Positions 51,051 through 64,000 of a stretch of 64,000 nucleotides of DNA are shown here, piece after piece (within the stretch, counting starts at the first letter, position 1; every line of letters begins with the position of its first letter). Below the pieces are notes generated by a model that worked only from the letters and a program-made list of their open reading frames with translations, was not told where the DNA came from and searched no databases. A program made the translations under genes and the position numbers. The stretch comes from Felis catus (Eukaryota). Location: assembly GCF_018350175.1 (NCBI RefSeq), contig NC_058368.1, positions 198,898,001-198,962,000 of the forward strand. The letters run 5' to 3'.

Positions 51051-52768
51051 GATGGCAGAGAGAGCACGTGAACTAAAGGCTGCCCGCAGTGTTCCTGAGG
51101 CTCTGCTGTGGATGCCACCCTGATGCAGGGAGAGGGAGGGAGGGGGGATGCAAACAACAAAAGGAGGCAAATCCTACCTCGTATGTATTATGTATTTGAA
51201 TGTGTAAATTTGGACAAAGCTGAGTTAACAGTATGTAAATAATTATGACTCAGTTTTATGTTAAGATATTAAGTGATTTCACTGATGGATCCAAAAGAAT
51301 GCCTGGTAACAATCTCATTAATGGAATAAGTTACCAGCTATTTTAGAGGCTAAATTCTTCTATTAGCGTTGTATCTATTGGGAAGACAGCTAAAATAACT
51401 TGTCATTAGATTGTTAACTTCAATATGTAAAGCAAATAGTTCTGTAATCTGTCGATTACCCAACAAGTCTGGCTTCTAAACTAATTTTATTAATTTTGGG
51501 AAATACTGGACTTTCTAAAGAGTGAAGATAAAACTCATTCCTTATACACAGGGTTTTTTTTCCTGTGTGTTTGCATTTTTGTATTGAAAATGGCGCTCTA
51601 AAGTTCAGCCCCAGCTCAGAGCCTAAAGAGTAATGTATGATTTTACTTTAAAAATGGAATAGTATAGGAAATTAACAAAGAGAAGGCTTATTCTTAAACA
51701 TCGAGTGTTTTATACAGCTTAATGAGTGTCAAGGCTGTAATCGTTCTTAAGAATTGTGTCTTGTCTCAGTAGCTTTAGAAATACCAGAATATGTTGCTTT
51801 TTGCTGTTAAAATTTGGACAGTGAGATGCATTTTGAACTTTTATTGCCAACCATATCTTTTAAACTCTGCCGCTTTTCCATTAATAATCCCCTAACGGGA
51901 TGCTTTCTAGAGGAATGGAAGTGTTTACTGTTTAATCTTAGAATTATATAGCTTGTTTCAAAGTAAGCAGTTTGGTTATGGCATTGGGAAGGTCACTGTG
52001 GCTCATTCAGAAAATTTGAAGCCCAGCTTCAAATTTCAAAATCAGCATAAAAATGTCGAGAATTTATTATTTGCCCACAGACACGAAAGGGAGAAATCAT
52101 TAGAAATGCCTTCATTATTCATATTCTAAATAACTGCTATTTCAATTTATAATGCCTTTTTAAAAAAATGCCCCCTCATAGAAACCAAAACATTAGTTAC
52201 CATCCGTGAATTTAAGTCTATGAGTATTGTTTGATACTAACGTTTTTAAAAGCAAGTTTATAATCGCTATAAATTTTCACATTCTGTTTATCTGTGGGAC
52301 CTTTATGCTCAGTTTCTTGTGCTCGGCTGTGCTTATAAATTTCAGTTCCTTAGCCATCACTGTCATTTTCATCACTAATAAATAATATTTATTAAGTGCA
52401 CTTCTGCTTTTTCTACAGCTGTGCTCCAAGCGACATCACAGTTGCACAAACACTCTGAATGTAATAAAGTGAAAAGCAATTAATATTTCTAAATACTGTA
52501 CTTCAAGTATTTTCAAGCCATTGCAAAGTGAAAATAACAAGAAAAACTGGTAACATGGAACAATCACTGAAATTAGTTCCAGTAGGAACAACTTGGGAGT
52601 CATATACCTGCACATAGCTTTCATTCCTACGTACCCACTTGCCACTGAAATACCAGTACAATCCCGATAGTAGAGGATGCAACCAATTCTCATTATAATA
52701 AGTTATCTGGCAATGATCCTTTGTCTAACTTCTCTAGAAGAAATAAATCATAATTGTGATGCCTTATC

Positions 52769-52853
52769 TTAGAATAGAGCCATACGAAATTGCTACACTT
52801 CAACTGTTTTTGACATTATATAAGAAATGGAAATGTCATCTGGTTCAACCTAA
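52769..52853. mobile_element. MADE2-like mariner MITE (palindromic)
   Basis: ccatacgaaattgc ... ggaaatgtcatctggttcaacctaa; ~80 bp imperfect inverted repeat matching recalled MADE2. Confidence 0.75.
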
Positions 52854-52859
52854 CGTTTG

Positions 52860-53015
52860 CATAGTGCTTTGTGACACAAGCATAGGAGATACCGGTCCTA
52901 GGTTTTAGAAAGATTAAATGACTTGTTCTAGGTAATGTGGTTGGAAAGTAGTACAACTGGCACTTGAGAATATGAATTTTCTGTCTCAAAGTTCAGTATG
53001 CTTTGTACTCTTCTA
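52860..53015 (-). mobile_element. MIR fragment
   Basis: agaaagattaaatgacttgttctaggt...tctgtctcaaagttcagtatgcttt. Confidence 0.55.
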
Positions 53016-53254
53016 TACTGTGCATCTGGGGAACAAGTTAAAATTGCCACACAGTTGTGGTATTGAAAGTATGATCCAAAATAAGCAAACTCTATTTCTT
53101 TAGGGGAAAAAAAAAAAAACCAAGACTGTCAATATGCTCAGGTAATTAATCACAGGAAAATTCGTATGAGAGAAGTGTGCTTCATCTAATTATTTACATT
53201 TGCGAGCCAAGGGATAATTTTTGTTTTGTTACATTTCCACTTTTTTCTTTAAAT

Positions 53255-53450
53255 CTTAAAATATACATGTAGGAAACGTCAGACATTCACAAAAATAGAA
53301 CAGTATAATGAAGCCCATGCACCCAACACCCAAGGCTCGGTGGTCAACAACTCACAGTCTCCTTCCATCTATACTCCCACATACTTCACTGGATTATTTT
53401 GAAGCCAGTCCTAAATATCATGCTATTTGATCAATAAATATTTTAGTACG
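53255..53450 (-). mobile_element. L1MC-like 3' end fragment, copy 1
   Basis: agaacagtataatgaagcccatgcacccaac...catctatactcccac...attattttgaagc. Confidence 0.7.
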
Positions 53451-54892
53451 TATAGTAAATAATTCCCAATCCATCTTGGAGGCTGATTTGAGGAGACGCA
53501 TAGAATTGTTGATAAGCAAACAATTAAAAACCTTTAAGAAATTGAGCAAAGCCTATGCAAGCGTTGTTTAGAACCAAAAATTGCGTCACATCAGCAAGAA
53601 TTCAATTACCAAATCTTCCCTTTCTGGCCTCTCTGCATCAGATACTAGCTGTAGGTAGGCCAAGGCGTGCATAGGGAGACTTGTCATTGAACACGTTGTT
53701 TAGAAAGTGTGTGTGTACTGAACATGAAATCTGATATATCATCCAACTCAAGTAATGAAAGGCGCTCTCCTCTCTCTCTCTCTCTCTCTCTTTTTATCAC
53801 TTCATGTTGTATTTGTGAGTGCATTTTTAAAGAAAAAAAATGTATGTAAATGAACTATTTTACTCAGTGACTAATAGACGTAGAACCTAAATGGTATTGC
53901 TATGGAGATAGCATTCATCGATTATGAATATTTGTTATTCTTTAAATTCTTTTGTTGTCTAATTGGAAAACTGGTAAAATACTATCATTTTCCAGATAAA
54001 GTTCTTGGCAAGTTTTCTCTCTTTTAAACCCCCTAGGACCATCCACAGCTCCATGAAAACATGAGTCAAATACATTACAAATTTCCCAAGGAGAATCAAC
54101 ATCTTTTCCAGCTGTTTGGATAGTCTGTCTAACATCTGACCAAAGCCCTCATCTCCCAGCATTGTTCTGGGCTTTTACACTTTGATTTGCTCAATGTTAT
54201 AATTTAAAAACTGAGCCAATAGTGTGAGTCTTCACTTTTTTCTTTAAGACTTTTAACTCTTATCACTTACAAAAATAACAATAAAAGGTTTTTTAAAAAA
54301 AGAAGCCACAGAAGATCTCGTCTCCCTAGGTATTTCTCTTTGACAATGCAAAAGTCCTTCTTACTACTATCAACCTTCTCTTTTTTTTTCTCCCTAGGTA
54401 ATTTTTCTATTATTTATAGCATAAAATGTTTCCCAACTATAACATCAAAAAGAACTAAACTTGGTTTGATTGATTAGTTTCAGGTTTTCTATTCTAAATG
54501 TCTTTTGGCCCTGGCCAGTGTGTTTCAATGTATTCAGAAGAAATGCATTTGTGGTCATTCCAATTAATCCCTTGTCTGTTTTGTCTGGCATTTGTGTAAA
54601 ACTAGTTGTAATATCTTTAAAGTTTGGCAAGCTATACAATAAACTGTCCAGGGTGGGATGGAAAACTTTTGGGGCCCAATTAACAAAGGTCAACTTGTCC
54701 TCCAGCCTATCTACACAAAATCATCTGTTGCTTTGGGTTGTCTTTATAACCATTAATAACGTTTGATGAGTAGGTCAGGGCAAGAAGGTGAAACAGAGCA
54801 ACTGTGTCAATAAGAATGGATTCCAGAGTCAAAGACCAAATTTCAGCAAATAAGTGTGGAGTGTGTACAGACACACACACCCCACTCTAAAG

Positions 54893-55085
54893 TTTAAAAC
54901 ATACAGAAAATTTCAAGCATTTACAAAAGTAGCGAGAACAATGTAATGAACCCCATGTACCCAATACCCAAGGCTCAACGGTCAACAACTCACAGTTTCC
55001 TTTCATCTATACTCCCACATACTTCACTACCCCACACTGAATCATTTTGAAGCCAGTCCCAAACATCATGCTGTTTCATCCATAA
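54893..55085 (-). mobile_element. L1MC-like 3' end fragment, copy 2
   Basis: gaaaatttcaagcatttacaaaagtag...aatgaaccccatgtaccca...ttttgaagcc. Confidence 0.7.
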
Positions 55086-55675
55086 GGAATGGGAAACAAA
55101 AGTAAGCTGTAGAAACCCTGAAACTTTGTTCGGGCTATTGAGAGCTAAAGAAAGTGATTTCCATTTTAAATGTATCCTGGAAGCTGAGTTGTATGGATTT
55201 TTACTCCCACCTGTGTACCCACCTGAAATTGACACAATGATCATAGTGCCAGTATACCATTTAAAATATAATAAAACAATTCGATGGTTGTTGCCATCAA
55301 AACTCAGTGAATTATGTTTAACAGGTCTTTTATTTTCTGTTTTCATTGACTATCTTTTTGTCTTTTTCCTTTTTAACTTAAAAATGGAAATTCCAAAATT
55401 TTTGACACATTTGATAGCACTTGGGAGGAGTTTTCTCTCAAGCTTCATTTGTAGCCTGTGAGACGGTACACGCTGGACGCATACTACATACTTTGACGTG
55501 CACCACACTCGGACTTACCTCTTCCAAGGTTCTCCCTCGTCTCTAGCATGCAGCCACCTATAATATTGCAAGAGATGCACCATGAGTTTTGGACATCAAA
55601 CCACATTTTCATTCCAATATGCTTATGTAATATATGCAAAGTTTATCTTAATTCATGGCTGTGTTTGTTTGTTTT

Positions 55676-55892
55676 TAAAATTTTTTTTTCAACGTTTATT
55701 TATTTTTGGGACAGAGAGAGACAGAGCATGAACGGGGGAGGGGCAGAGAGAGAGGGAGACACAGAATCGGAAGCAGGCTCCAGGCTCTGAGCCATCAGCC
55801 CAGAGCCCGACGCGGGGCTCGAACTCACGGACCGTGAGATCGTGACCTGGCTGAAGTCGGACGCTTAACCGACTGCACCACCCAGGCGCCCC
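55676..55892 (-). mobile_element. Young CAN-SINE (SINEC_Fc) nested in the tail of an older SINE
   Basis: Near-consensus and CpG-rich; TSD tgtgtttgtttgtttt at 55660-55675 and 55893-55908. Confidence 0.97.
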
Positions 55893-55942
55893 TGTGTTTG
55901 TTTGTTTTAAAGCAAGTGCATACATAGGCTGGGGGAGGGGGG

Positions 55943-55991
<49 letters not shown>

Positions 55992-56116
55992 AATCTTAAG
56001 CAGACACCATGCCCAGTGCCAAGCCCAGTGCACAGCTCAATCTCATAACCCTGAGATCATGACCTGAGCCAAAATCAAGAGTCTGACACTTAACCAACTG
56101 AGCCACCCAGGTGCCC
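55893..56116 (-). mobile_element. Older CAN-SINE with (GA)n
   Basis: ...gacctgagccaaaatcaagagtc...actgagccacccaggtgccc; outer TSD ttaa(t/c)tcatgg at 55648-55658 and 56118-56128. Confidence 0.92.
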
Positions 56117-57439
56117 ATTAACTCATGGTGTTTTAAATGTTTAACCCCATGTTACCATCACAACTTTGTGAATAAATATAAATCAAAGTTTAAAGCTTTC
56201 ATATTGTTATTACCAGAACAAAGAAAAGTTCTCATAGTTTCTTACTCTAGAACATTTTAGGCACCTAAGGAAAGTTGTCAACTCAAAATTCAAAGCTCAT
56301 TATCCCACTTCACGTTTCATTGTGAATCTTAAGATTGTCACAAAGCAGAATTCATTTTTTTTAAAAACGGTATTAAGTATAAAAGAGATGACTGGAAATA
56401 GGAACAGGTCTGCTCTTATCTGCTTGATAATTCTACCTGATCCACCAGAGCATGTACCTAAATTAATTGATCTTTCTCTTTGTTCATGCTGTATTTGCTC
56501 CTGGCAAAATGTGCTGAAATCACTGTTGTCACATGGTTTTAATTTTTGAAAATCCATCTTTCTAAGATAGACATGGAAAGAAAAGCTAACTGCACAGAAC
56601 ACCACATTAAGAGGAAAGCAGTTGAAATTCTGCCATGAATAGTTACCAAAAAAAAAAAAAAAAAAAAAAAAAAAAGAATGATACTATTTGGCCTCCTCTC
56701 CCTAGCTAGGGAATTCAAATTTTTGAATACCTAATACTGCTTTTGTAAGGATTTCAGTTTTCAAAAAACATGCTGTGGTGGACAAAGCATGACTGTTATG
56801 TAAACATATAGTTACTACAGACACTAGGACATATGTGAGTATTTCAAAAGGTATAACATGTACTCAGATCACAAAAAAAAAAAAAAAAAGAAGCATGTTT
56901 AAATGTTCCATATCAAAAGATTAGCTCCTTTGAAAACTGGGCTCCTTCAGATCAGAGGGATGCTGTTAGTGGAGTAGGACACAGCAGCATGCCTTAATTA
57001 CTGATTTCTGGATACTGTCTTACTACAATTAACTTATATCTAATTTGTCAAGATAATAAGTGTGTATTTGATTTGGCTGTGAAATCACATTGTTGTGTTT
57101 TAAGGTGTCTTAATGGAACTAGTCTCAGTGAAGATGTTTTTATATTTTTTGCCCCTGTCCTCCCCAAAATGTTCCAAATTGGCTTGATATTTTAAGTTTC
57201 TGTGTTTTAATATGTGAGATTTTAGATAATTTTAAGATAAAAATTAAGAGCAAAAGATCAGATTGGGCCAGGTTTTACTGCTATTTTGATGAGTGAGATA
57301 TTAGGTAATTACTTGAAAGCTATATTAATTCATTCAGAAAACTAGATTTCTTTTTGTAGAGCGATAGGTCATCTCCTGCTGCATGTAATTTCACCTTGGC
57401 ATGCTTAACTCTGTCCCCTATCAAACAGACAAAACAGGA

Positions 57440-58200
57440 GCCCTAACCTCAATCTGATACCTCCATCTAGCCACTCACATCTCTCATTTCTCTGGGCATG
57501 GCCAAACTTCTGGAAAACACTGTCTACACTGGCTGTCTCTAATCCATCTTCTTTACTCCTCCGTCTCCACCCCATCCTGACCACGGCACCCTAAGTGCTT
57601 TTCCCAAGATTGCTTCTTGGTTACCAAATCCAATGGCGCTTGCCAGTCCTTTTTTTTTTTTTCTTTTTTTTAACCTTTTGTACCTTTTTTGTCATTGCTC
57701 ATCACCCACGTCTCTATGCTCCATTCCTGGCTTCCGTGACACCATGTTTCACCGCCTCCCCAGTTACTCGCTTTGGGTCTCCTCCAAGGGTTGCTCTTCC
57801 TTTACCGTTCATTACATGTTGATGTTCCCCAGGATTCCATCCCCGTCTTCTTATCATTAGGCCAGTCTCCCTACGTGACCTCATGGCCCACTCTGGCATC
57901 AGCTACCACTCATGAAAAGATCCCCAGATTCATCTCCTGCGTGGTAGATGTGTGTATCCAGTGCCTTGTGACCCCACAGGTTTTTCAAAGGTAAATATAC
58001 AAGACTGAATCTTTTTTATTATTCTGCCTGATCCTCTTTCCCAGATTCAGTGAACAGCACCAGCTGCCCACCAACCCAGATTCTCTGTTTAATTCCTGAT
58101 ACCTTTGTCTCTCCCTCTATATCCTGCTACTAAATCTTATCAAGTCCCTTATAGCCTTAATATCATTAAAAAAAACACTTTTCTCTCCATCTTTATTCTT
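57440..58200 (+). mobile_element. Degraded L2 fragment
   Basis: gccaaacttctggaaaa...ccaaatccaatgg...gatgttccccaggattc...ctaccactcatg...tcccagattc. Confidence 0.65.
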
Positions 58201-58341
58201 GAAATCTCTCACCTGCTTTTGGTTCTTCCCACTTGGTTTGACCTTATCATTCAATATCTTTAAAAGTCTTCTTTTTTGGTGGTATGCAGGATTCATTATA
58301 TACATATTGTTATCTGACAGTCATTCAGAAGTGGGAATATT

Positions 58342-59832
58342 TCTTTATTTTATAAAGTGTTTTCTTTTCATTCTGGTGTAGTTTACATACAGTGTTCTGT
58401 TAGTTTCAGGTGTACAGTATAGTGATTCAGCAATTCTGTACTCAGTGCTCATCACAAGTCCATTCCTTAGTCCCCATCATCTATTTCACCCATCCTCCCA
58501 CCCCCTCCTCTCTGATAACCACCAGTTTATTCTCTGTAGTTAAGAGTCTCTTTCTTGGTTTCTCTCTTTTTTTCCCCTTTGTTCGTTTGTTTTGTTTCTT
58601 AAATTCCACATGTGAGTGAAATTATATGGTACTTGTTTTTCTCTGACTTACTTCACTTACCACTATACTCTCTAGTTCCATCCATGTTGTTGCAAATGTC
58701 AAGATTTCACTCTTTTTTATGACTGAATAATATTCCTGTGTGTGTGTGTGTACACATACATGTGTACATGTATGTGTACACACACACACACACACACACC
58801 ACATATTTATCCATCTATTGGTGGATGCTTGGGCTGCTTCCATAATTTGGCTGTTGTAAATCATGCTACAATGAACATAAGGGTTCATGTATCCCTTTGA
58901 ATTAGTGTTTTTGTATTTTGGAGGTAAATAGTAGTATGATTATTGGATCATGGAGTAGTTCAATCTTTAATTCTTTAAGGAACCTCCATACTATCTTCCA
59001 CAGTGGCTGCAACCAGTTTACCTTCCTACCAGCAGTATATGAGGGCCCCTTTTTCTCCACTCCTCACCAAAACTTGTTGTTTCTTGTGTTTTTAACAAGT
59101 GTAAGGTGATAACTCATTGTAGTTTTGATTTGCATTTCCCTAATGGTGAATGGTGTTGAGCATCTTTTTATGTGTCTTGGCCATCTGGATGTCATCTTTG
59201 GAAAAATCTCTGTTCACTTCTGCCCATTTTTTAATGGGACTATTTTGTGATGAGTTGTATAAGTTCTTTATATATTTTGGATTCTAACCCTTTCTGCTGC
59301 TTCATTATTAAGGTATAGAAATTTAGCAGATTTCTGTATGTTGATTTTGTATCCTGCAACTATACTGAATTTATTTATCGGTTCTAGCAGTTTTTTGGTA
59401 GAGTCCTTAGGGTTTTTTTATATATAGTATCATGTCATCTGCAAAGAGTTAAAGTTTTACTTCTTCCTTACCAATTTGGATGTCTTTTATTTCTTTTTAT
59501 TGTCTGATTTTTGTGGCTAGGACTTCCAATACTATGTTGAATAAAAGTGGTGAGAGTGGTCAGCCTATCTTGTTCCTGACCTTAGGGGAAAAGATCTCAT
59601 TTTTTACCCTTGAGTATGATGTTAGCCGTGGGTTTTTCACATGAGACCTTTATTACATTGAGGTGTGTTCCCTCTAAACCTTTCTTCAGCACTTTTATCA
59701 TAAATAGATGTTATAGTTTATGCAATGCTTTTTCTGCATCTATTGAAATGATTATATGATGGTATCCTTTCTCTTACTGGTATGATGTATTATGTTGATT
59801 GATTTGAGAATATTGAAGCATGTCTTCATATC
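58342..59832 (-). mobile_element. Carnivore L1 (L1_Carn-like), 5'-truncated, with an internal deletion
   Basis: tagtttcaggtgtacagtatagtgattc 3' UTR; ctagttccatccatgttgttgcaaatg; gctaggacttccaatactatgttgaataaaagtggtgagagtgg (antisense ORF2); abrupt junction near 59292. Confidence 0.92.
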
Positions 59833-60039
59833 CCTTTAAGTGTAATACTTAGTGTAAAGCTTGTGTGATGAATCACGTTTAAGCAGCAGTCCAAATCAAG
59901 TGTTAAGTTATTAATATTTTAAAGAAATACAAACAAGCAAAATTTTTAAAACTAAATAAATTGACATTACATACTCAAGACAGACTGTTAATATTTTGTC
60001 TATAACACTATAGCCTCTTTCATTTAAATATGTATTATA

Positions 60040-60500
60040 ATCTTTTTTTAAATGGGATTGTAATATACACATTGATTTATATTATTCCAATATGGCATTA
60101 CATGCTTCTCTCTTGACAGTTACAGATTTGTAATACCATTTTTTCATGGTATTATTATATGGCAGCGGCATGGTTTATGGAGCCAGTGCTGCAGTGGTGG
60201 ATGTGTAGAACATTTCCAACTTTATTATAAATATATACATACATTTATACTGTCCGTCTATCTTCTGAGGACAGATTCCTATTCCTACTAGTGAGATTTT
60301 TGAGATGAAGGGAAAACATTGTCTTAGATCTTTTAAAATAGATTGTTAGATAGCTGTGCAGTGGGTTTATACCATTGTATATACTGTCCTTAGCAGAGTA
60401 TGAGTTTGTCTATGTTCCCCACACCCACAATAATATTTTTTTTTAGTATTTTTAACCAATGGGATAAGTGAAAAACGATATCTCAGTCCATTTACTCTAA
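60040..60500 (-). mobile_element. Old L1 (L1ME-like) fragment
   Basis: tttttaaatgggattgtaatatacac...ttataccattgtatatact...tagcagagtatgag...gataagtgaaaaacgatatctc. Confidence 0.6.
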
Positions 60501-61269
60501 TTTTAGACAGATCTCTACAATGTTTGGTTATCTGGTTGCCAAACCCACAATAGATCAGAAAGAGGAAATTGGAAGAAGAAAGATGAGTTGCTATAGTCAG
60601 ATGCATTAGCAGCAGTGTGAAGTAATAGCAGACAGACTAACAGTGAGGAAGGATACAAGAAAACTGAAAAAATCAGAAATAGAATCCCAAACTGCACAGC
60701 GCGTGGCCCATTTACTTCAAGGCCCAACAGCCCAACGCCCCTCTGTGGTCTCTAAGGCTTTCACCATATTTCAACACAATGTCCCCTATCTCAGCATTTT
60801 GAAATCCTGCAAAGACAATAAAACCTTGGCTCATAGCAACAGTAATTAATTAAATGTCAACTGTTGTCAATCAGTTGCAGATTGCTAAAATAATATTCTG
60901 CATTTAACCTCTTACAAAAATAAAGCCCTTAAAACACATACTACTAGTTGCCCAATTGCAACTCTCCACTTGAGCTCTTCCACCAAAATACACTAGGTAA
61001 GTTAAGCATAAGAGGTTAACCTCATATGCTAAAACACTGAAGGATATGCCAGTAATATGTAAACAAGACATATAAGGAATCTTCCCAGCCTGGAGAAAAG
61101 AATGCTTCTGGCAGACATGATACTCAGCTTTCAATTTTAAGGAACGTCCACGTGAAAATGTACCTGCTTGTATGGCTCTAGACTAGAGAATACGTCTCAC
61201 TGGCAAAAGCTGAAGGAAGGCACATTTCTAACAATTAGGACTTTTTAATTGTGTCAGGGATTTTCTTAG

Positions 61270-61445
61270 GTTTTACAGACTGTTAGACCTCAAAGGAATC
61301 TTAGTGATTAATAAATAACAACTCCCATGTTTTTTAGATAAGAAAACCAAAGCTCAGCATATGGGTTTAAGTGGCTCATTGTAAGGAGTGGAGTATATGT
61401 CCAGCTTTCCCAACTTTGCATCCAGTGTTTGTTTTCTTACCAGCA
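61270..61445 (-). mobile_element. MIR/MIR3 fragment
   Basis: cagactgttagacctcaaaggaatcttag...tttagataagaaaaccaaagctcag. Confidence 0.55.
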
Positions 61446-63394
61446 TACAGTGCCCCTCAGAGCAAGTTGTACATTGCTAGAATGTTGGGTCTGGTTGTCA
61501 GAGATGTTGGAGAAAGGATTTCTTCATTACGAATAAGATGAGAGGACCGTGGAACTCCCTGCCAGTTGAAAGATCCCACAAGTTTTAAGTAACTGTTTAA
61601 AACATCTATCTCAAGGAGGGAAAAGTACAAAAAGAAAAAAATTTTTAATAACAAACACAAAGAAAATGACTTTATAATGGAATATTATACTAGTTGATTT
61701 GGGTAGAGGCCTTGTGAAAGGAATATCTGTAAAAGACGCAAGAAGTAAGTTTCAACTCCTGTCCAAGCAGTGGGACGCTGGATAACTTGCTGAGAAGATT
61801 GTCTGGGTACAGCCAGGCTCATGGGGAAGAGGGCTTCAGTCCTTGGCAGAGTTTGTGCCAGCTGTCGTGATACGCAGCTCCTGTAGTCATCCACCCTCAT
61901 CTGCAGTCTTTGGATGATAAGAGAAATTACAAGATCAAATTTGGAGGAGCTAGTTGCTGGAACCTTAAAAAATAAGGCAACTTTCTTGCTAAGAAGAAAT
62001 AACCATCTCTTTCCAGAATTTACCTGGTAATCAATTATCAAAGATGTGAAAAATTCCAGTTGATTTTAGAGTCAATTTCATGTCTTTGAATTTTCATTGT
62101 TTAGGATTTTTTTTTTCTGTAAAATTTACAGAATTGGGGGAAGAAATAAATAATCTTGCCTCTCAGGTCAGTAGACCCTATGAGTTTCTGTGCTGGCTCC
62201 TGTGGGAAAATACTATTTTTCACCCAAAGCAAAGAGGTTAACCTCAATTCTTCAGTTCTGGAATAAGGGTTTCAAGATGTATTTTTACCATGCCAAAGTC
62301 TGCAGAAGTCTTGGAAAACCAAAGCTATAATGTGGAAATCTGACAAGCTTGTACTGTGATCAGCTTCTTTGGAGATAACATGTTCATTTTTCATTTGCAG
62401 GAGGGGATAAATGTGCTAATTAGGTCACGAATTTCCATCATCAGATTCTTACTGTCATTTTATTACCTTTTTTTCTCTACACCCAGAGAAAATTGCTGTT
62501 CCTTCCTATATTTTCAGATCTACTTTGAATACTTGGGTAATAGTGGCTGTAGATTGATAGCAGCCCACATGTATGGAGCACTTTCTAAGCACCAGACCCT
62601 GAGCTAAAGTTTTATTTATATTACCTCCTTTAAAACAGAGACAGTTCAGTAATTTGTCTACAATCACAGGACTTGCAAAAATGGAGCCTTGTAGAAATGG
62701 AGCCTTCAGCGGCCTCCTCTTTTTTTTTTTTTCAACCTCGATAAAATTAACTTAGATACACTGTCTTAAACATTCACTGCCTTCTATTATGTCCTCTTGT
62801 GTGCTATCTCTAGGACAATGATTTTATTCATAGTTTAAAATTTACCCTAAACTTTCATATATCATTTTGACCTTTGATCCAATTTAAATGAACCAATGAT
62901 AAATGATGAAATCTTGTCACATTACTTAACTTGAACCCTTCTGTGAATTCTTTCTTATTACTTTTGAGGAAAATAGAATATACACTTAAGATATAGTTCT
63001 GATCCACCCTTGCATGGAGACAATAAATGGATGTTTTGGTTTTAAGATTTTTATAAGCTGATTCAGATATATTTCAAAATGAAACTTACTATTTAAAAAG
63101 TGACACACACAACACACTCTTGTATGGTTCCAATTATGGATACTGGGCTGGCCTCCAACCTCCAGGATCCTTCTTATGGAAGGTTCTATAGTGAAGAGTA
63201 TGACTGGCTTTCTCAGTGAATTAATGTTTCATACTGTGGAATTTCAAATTTATTGTGTTGTAGTTAATGGCAATTATGTAGATCATAGGAGTCCATCCCA
63301 AAGACTAGGTACATTGACTGGAATACACAGTAATGAGTAGTTTTACATCATGGCTTTTCATGTGTCTTTTGATTAAAAGTATTATGGATGGCAT

Positions 63395-63780
63395 AGTCCA
63401 CAGCTTATTTGCAAGAACACAAATGATGCAAGCATCTTAGGAGGCAATTTGGTAATACCTATCAAAATTATACATGCATGTTCCCTTTGACCCAATACCC
63501 TTACCAGTAATTTTCCCCAGAGTTAGGCTTATAAAAGTCACGGAGCTATATATACAAAGATGTTCACTGAAGAATTGCTGACAATAGTAACTAACTGAGA
63601 ACAATGTAAATATCCATCAGGTGGGAATTGCTTTAAATGAATTACAGTTCTTCTCTGCAGTAGGACACCATATGACCCCTGAAACAATATGGTGGATATC
63701 TATGTGCTGCTGTTGAAAGACCTTCAAGATAAATGAGAAAAGCAAGTTTGAGAAGCCGGAAAAGTATATGCTGGTCTGTG
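63395..63780 (+). mobile_element. Old L1 (L1ME-like) fragment
   Basis: ggaggcaatttggtaatacctatcaaaatt...ccctttgacccaa...tacaaagatgttcactgaag...taaatatccatca. Confidence 0.7.
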
Positions 63781-64000
63781 TCTGGTTTTCTGAAAATGTA
63801 CACAGATTACACACACACAAACACAGACTCCTTCAAAAAAAAAAAAAAAAGATTTTTTTTTTTTTTTCTGGAAGGTATCACAGAAATAAATTCAGTTCAG
63901 AGCAATTGATTTTGCAGACTGGGATGTGGATGGTAGATGATCATGAGGCTTTTACTTTCTGTTTCATGCCTTTCCGTACAGTCGGAGTTTTGTAAACCTG

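Noticed and set aside
1..64000. CRISPR array, operon or other novel multi-gene system
   Set aside because: Eukaryotic repeat-rich non-coding DNA; no regularly spaced repeat-spacer array or gene cluster was seen

Overview
Mammalian non-coding DNA, almost certainly from a felid. It carries many tRNA-derived CAN-SINEs of the cat SINEC_Fc type, several with intact target-site duplications (TSDs). The 64 kb is AT-rich intronic or intergenic sequence; I could not support any protein-coding exon, RNA gene or host-gene identity. The ORF track is explained by SINEs, microsatellites, LINE relics and chance ORFs. Recognisable content: about 17 CAN-SINEs, an ~800-bp ERV solo LTR, L1, L2 and L3/CR1 fragments, MIRs, DNA-transposon relics (Tigger2a-, MER45-, MER119-, MER20-, MER5-, MADE2-like) and microsatellites. 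Repeat family names come from recalled consensus sequences, not from a search. The most notable item is a ~640-bp GC-rich, polyadenylated, TSD-flanked insert (44489-45126) inside an old L1, probably a 5'-truncated retrocopy of an unidentified mRNA 3' end. Also noted: three diverged local duplications, a near-abutting inverted SINE pair, an open L2-type reverse-transcriptase motif and a CpG-retaining RUNX/ETS candidate enhancer. I found no evidence of a novel multi-gene system.
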